The notes under the pieces were generated by a model. The model searched no databases. It was given only the letters and a program-made list of their open reading frames with translations, and was not told where the DNA came from. Of a stretch of 64,000 nucleotides of DNA, positions 60,236 to 64,000 are shown in pieces; position 1 is the stretch's first letter; each line of letters starts with the position of its first letter. The position numbers and the translations under genes are program-made. Source of the stretch: Lama guanicoe (lineage: Eukaryota); contig MU053216.1 of the NCBI GenBank assembly GCA_013239625.1, positions 2,012,943-2,076,942 on the forward strand, written 5' to 3'.

Positions 60236-62497
60236 GTTGCGGTCGGACACTGCGAATAACAACTCAAGTAAACTTTCGAAAGATAAATGACCTCCGTACG
60301 GACCCTGTAGAGATTGTGTTTCAAAACTGTTACTGTCCATTAAAGCAAGCAGTCCCAGAAGATTTTTAGCTGCATAAAAGTTTTCCCATTATTCTTTAAT
60401 TGGTGCCCGGCAGCTAAAACTCCTGGTGTTTTGTCTATTTCCCTGAACAATAGATATGGATTCTCTCCTAGGTCTCCCTGAAGTGAACAGCGGTCTGTAA
60501 ACATCCTGTAGCTTCAATATATTGATTGAAAAACTGGATTCTTCACATAACGTTTGCCTTTTTGCTACTCATATTATCTTAAAAGTTGTATTTATCTGCA
60601 GGATCTATTTGTAAAAGTTTTAAATAGCGCTATTCTTGGATGGGGATGGGAGAGAAATTTCTTAACCCTCCAGGAATTAACTCCAAAGAAACTGCATTCT
60701 AGTGCCATAATTATGCCTGAGTCAATATCTTGACTCTGGGGGAAAAAAATCTTTATGTTGCAAGTTAAAAACATTCTAAACATGAAAATATTGAGAAAAA
60801 AACCTCAAAAGGTCGCATTCAGAAAATTTACATGGAATATTTGGAATTTTCTTCTTTCATTAATACATACATTTTTAAATGAAAATTTTTAATGAAAAAG
60901 TATTAATGAATTATGTGTCAGGTGCAGGCTATATAGAAAGAAAAAAGACAGCCCCTGGCCTCACCGAGCTCATGGTTAAGAGATGGCAATTATTAAACAT
61001 CCATATGGAGACTATTTCTCTTCAACTCAAGGGGAAAAAATCCAGCTTTGAGTTAGAAAATCTGTCTTTATGTTGAGGTGCTCTTAGTCATTTTAGAAAA
61101 TGAAATTTCTTAAACTAGATTTAAAAGTACATTTTTACAAAGGAGACTGATAAGGTAATCAGAACAGTGGAAATTCAAGGACTGTTTTAGGTTTGTTCCC
61201 CTAATATTAAACCAGAAAAGGCAAGTACTTTAAATACACTTGAATTTTTAACAGATTTATAGTAAAACAGAATGGTTCCCTTCAAGAGATGGAAAAAATG
61301 AAAAGATAAATGAAAGTAAATAGCTTTTTTTTTATCTTGTCTAAAATTTAAAAACCTCTGTATTACAGTGTCATGGTTTTATAAGCATGTTCTTGAGATG
61401 TGGATCAAAGAGAGCAAGATTATAGGGTTAATTCATGTATTTTACACTATTTGTACTTTTGTGTCTGAAGAAGCTTAAGTGTCCACCGGAATGCGGGCAG
61501 CGACCAGGGGCCGGGTGTCTTGAGCGGGTGGATAACGCTGCTGGTGGGCGTCAGTGACAGATGAGTTTCAGATCAGGGTGGACCAGCCGGAAGCGGCAGG
61601 GTGGCCTCTTTGATGGAATCCCAAGGGCAGAGCGGGGAGGGTGGACCCCTCACTCAACGTTTGTGGTGTTGATTGGCCAATAAGGAAACCGCGTAATCCA
61701 ATACATCTTTGAGAAAACCTCTGAGTAACGTTAGATGTGAATGCAGGCGTTATCTTCATATTGAGGGAGATAAGCGAGGCAAACCACTGCTTATCTGGAC
61801 GATCATTTCTTATGACACATCTAGTTCGCTGGTCCACGCTTTCCTTTTCAACTTTTCCTCCAGCTCTATTCTGGGTCCCTACAGGGAGAAGAGGAGGAGG
61901 AATTAAAATGCTTGCTTCGTGCCTAGAAGATGCCGTGCCGTTGGTTTAACGGTGGCAAGATCAGCTCCTTAACTGCTTGTTTTGTCTGTATCCGAGGACC
62001 TCAAAGAGCTGTCTGTCCACAGGTGGCCCACAAAAAAGCCCCAGGGAGGGAGGAGGCTGAGGAATGCCACGTGGTCCTGGCGGTCGCAAAGGCAGGGAGT
62101 AGACCGTGTATTCAGGGTGAATTTCCTGGTCTCAGAGGAGAAGCTAACAAGGTGTGGGGTTGCATATTCTGCATTCACTAGGGTGGGGCTGACTCCCTTG
62201 ACCCTCACTCCCTTCTTTTGTCCCTTTAAATTCCTCTCACTGATATTAATTAAAGAAATTAAAAAGAGATTATTTGCAGACTATTCTATCTCACATATAT
62301 AAATTCTACACTCAGAAGAGAAATAGGAAAAGGAGAAGGGAAAATATTGGTTGACATGACTCCAGAAAAGTTATCTGATATTTGCCACAATTGTGTCCAC
62401 TGGTAACTTCAGACAGACAGAAAAATAAGATCTTCAATCCTCATTTTGAATTAAAAAAAAATCTTCAACAACGATTATCAAACACGGCTTCTCCTAA

Positions 62498-63206
62498 CCC
62501 TCCTGCACTGCTGGTAGGAATGCAGTTTGGTACAGCCACTGTGGAAAAAAGTATGGCGGTTCCTCAAAAGACTAGGAATAGACTTACCATATGACCCAGG
62601 AATCCCGCTCCTGGGCATATATCCAGAAGGAACCCTACTTCAGGATGACACCTGCACCCCAGTGTTCATAGAAGCACTATTTACAACAGCCAAGACATGG
62701 AAACAGCCTAAATGTCCATCAACAGCTGACTGGATGAAGAAGCTGTGGTATATTTATGCAATGGAATACTATTCAGCCATAAAACGACAACATAACGCCA
62801 TTTGCAGCAACATGGATGCTCCTGGAGAATGTCATTCTAAGTGAAGTAAGCCAGAAAGAGAAAGAAAAATACCATATGAGATCACTTATATGAGGAATCT
62901 AAAACAAAACAAACAAAACATAAATACAAAATAGAAACAGACTCATAGACATAGAATACAAACTTGTGGTTGCCAGGGGGGAGGGGGTGGGAAGGGACAG
63001 ACTGGGATTTCAAAATGTAGAATAGATAAATAAGATTATACTGTATAGCACAGGGAAATATATGCAAGATACTTGTGGTAGCGCGAAAAAAAGAATGTGA
63101 CAATGAATATGTATATGTTCATGTATAACTGAAAAATTGTGCTCTACACTGGAATTTGACACAACATTGTAAAATGACTATAACTCAATAAAAAATGTTT
63201 AAAAAA
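62498..63206 (+). mobile_element. Young 5'-truncated L1 (ORF2 C-terminus and 3' UTR)
   Basis: ORF 62527-62844 encodes [51 protein letters not shown], then frameshifts; TSD core ggcttctcctaa at 62486-62497 and 63214-63225. Confidence 0.95.
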
Positions 63207-64000
63207 GTGGGGGGGCTTCTCCTAAATACTATTTTGGGTCTGGAAGAAAATACTGTTTGTGGAGGCTGGTTTCCAGAATTATCAATCTGTTTTATCACAA
63301 ATGAGACAGGTGTTTTTGGAAGGTCTCCTTACTCTGGTGTTTACTTTCTTCATTTTCAACATCAGGTGGTGTACTAAATGATTTCCAAGTTCTCTTCAAC
63401 ATCTTGGCAGTCTCTGGATGTAACGACTTCTACCTAAATTGAATCTTCTTCCTTTTCCCTGTTGGCCCCATCCATGTGCAAAGGAAAAGATTTTAGTATC
63501 TTCTCGATAGTGAAACAAGACGTCTGAAGACAAAACATCTCACAAAACTGGAAACTCTGGAATAACCGAGACTGTCTACACAGAATTCTTTTCATTGTTT
63601 TGAACAACTGGGTCTGTCAATGAGTTAATAGCCTTCTAATTCAGGAGGAGGAGGGGTGGGAGACAAAGCCCCTGCTACGCATCTCAGTTGGTCAGCCACG
63701 GTGCGCGGAGGGTGTCTGATGAGACCCCACGGAACAGGATCTCAGTGAATGCCACGCTCGGTTTTTATTCACACGTCTCTGTCTGGCGGTGGCTCTCTGG
63801 GCTGGAAGCCATCAAACACAGTCTCTGCAGGGAGCAGGGAGGAGTTTCCCCCCGACGGCATCTCTCTGTGGCTTAACCTCCGCCAGTCAAAGCACCGATC
63901 GATGCTCCTGTGACAGATATTTTTCCTACCGTGAGAGCGTCTGTAAATCAAACCCCATCAGGGCACACCAGAAGCCATCACGATCATGACACTCCATCAT

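Noticed and set aside
62527..62844. Protein-like ORFs here and at 3372-3620 and 20170-20391
   Set aside because: Truncated L1 ORF2 remnants, not host genes
1..64000. CRISPR array, operon or other prokaryote-type system
   Set aside because: The sequence is mammalian; there is no regularly spaced repeat-spacer array and no gene-dense coding region

Overview
Mammalian genomic DNA, most likely from a camelid (alpaca, llama or camel). The evidence is about 16 copies of a tRNA-Ala-derived SINE ending in ...AAATAAACCTAATTACCTCCCCC (Vic-1-like) and many cetartiodactyl-type L1 3' ends. I recognise no host protein-coding exon or RNA gene; the only recognisable peptides are C-terminal fragments of L1 ORF2. 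The window looks intergenic or intronic. It is a mosaic of young L1 3' fragments and SINEs (many with visible target-site duplications, TSDs), ancient L2/MIR/L1M/MLT/MER relics, microsatellites and several CpG-rich islands without an evident gene. The most notable sequence-level observations are: (1) three independently inserted copies of a chimeric L1 carrying an ancient L1M-type 3' end; (2) a likely L1 3' transduction nested in a SINE; (3) a likely SINE-mediated 3' transduction; (4) a twin-priming L1 inversion; (5) a diverged ~100-bp duplication at a 1771-bp offset; (6) strong local AT-to-GC shifts in repeats. Repeat family names come from recalled consensus sequences, not from a search, and boundaries are approximate unless a TSD is given. 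I found no evidence of a new multi-gene system.
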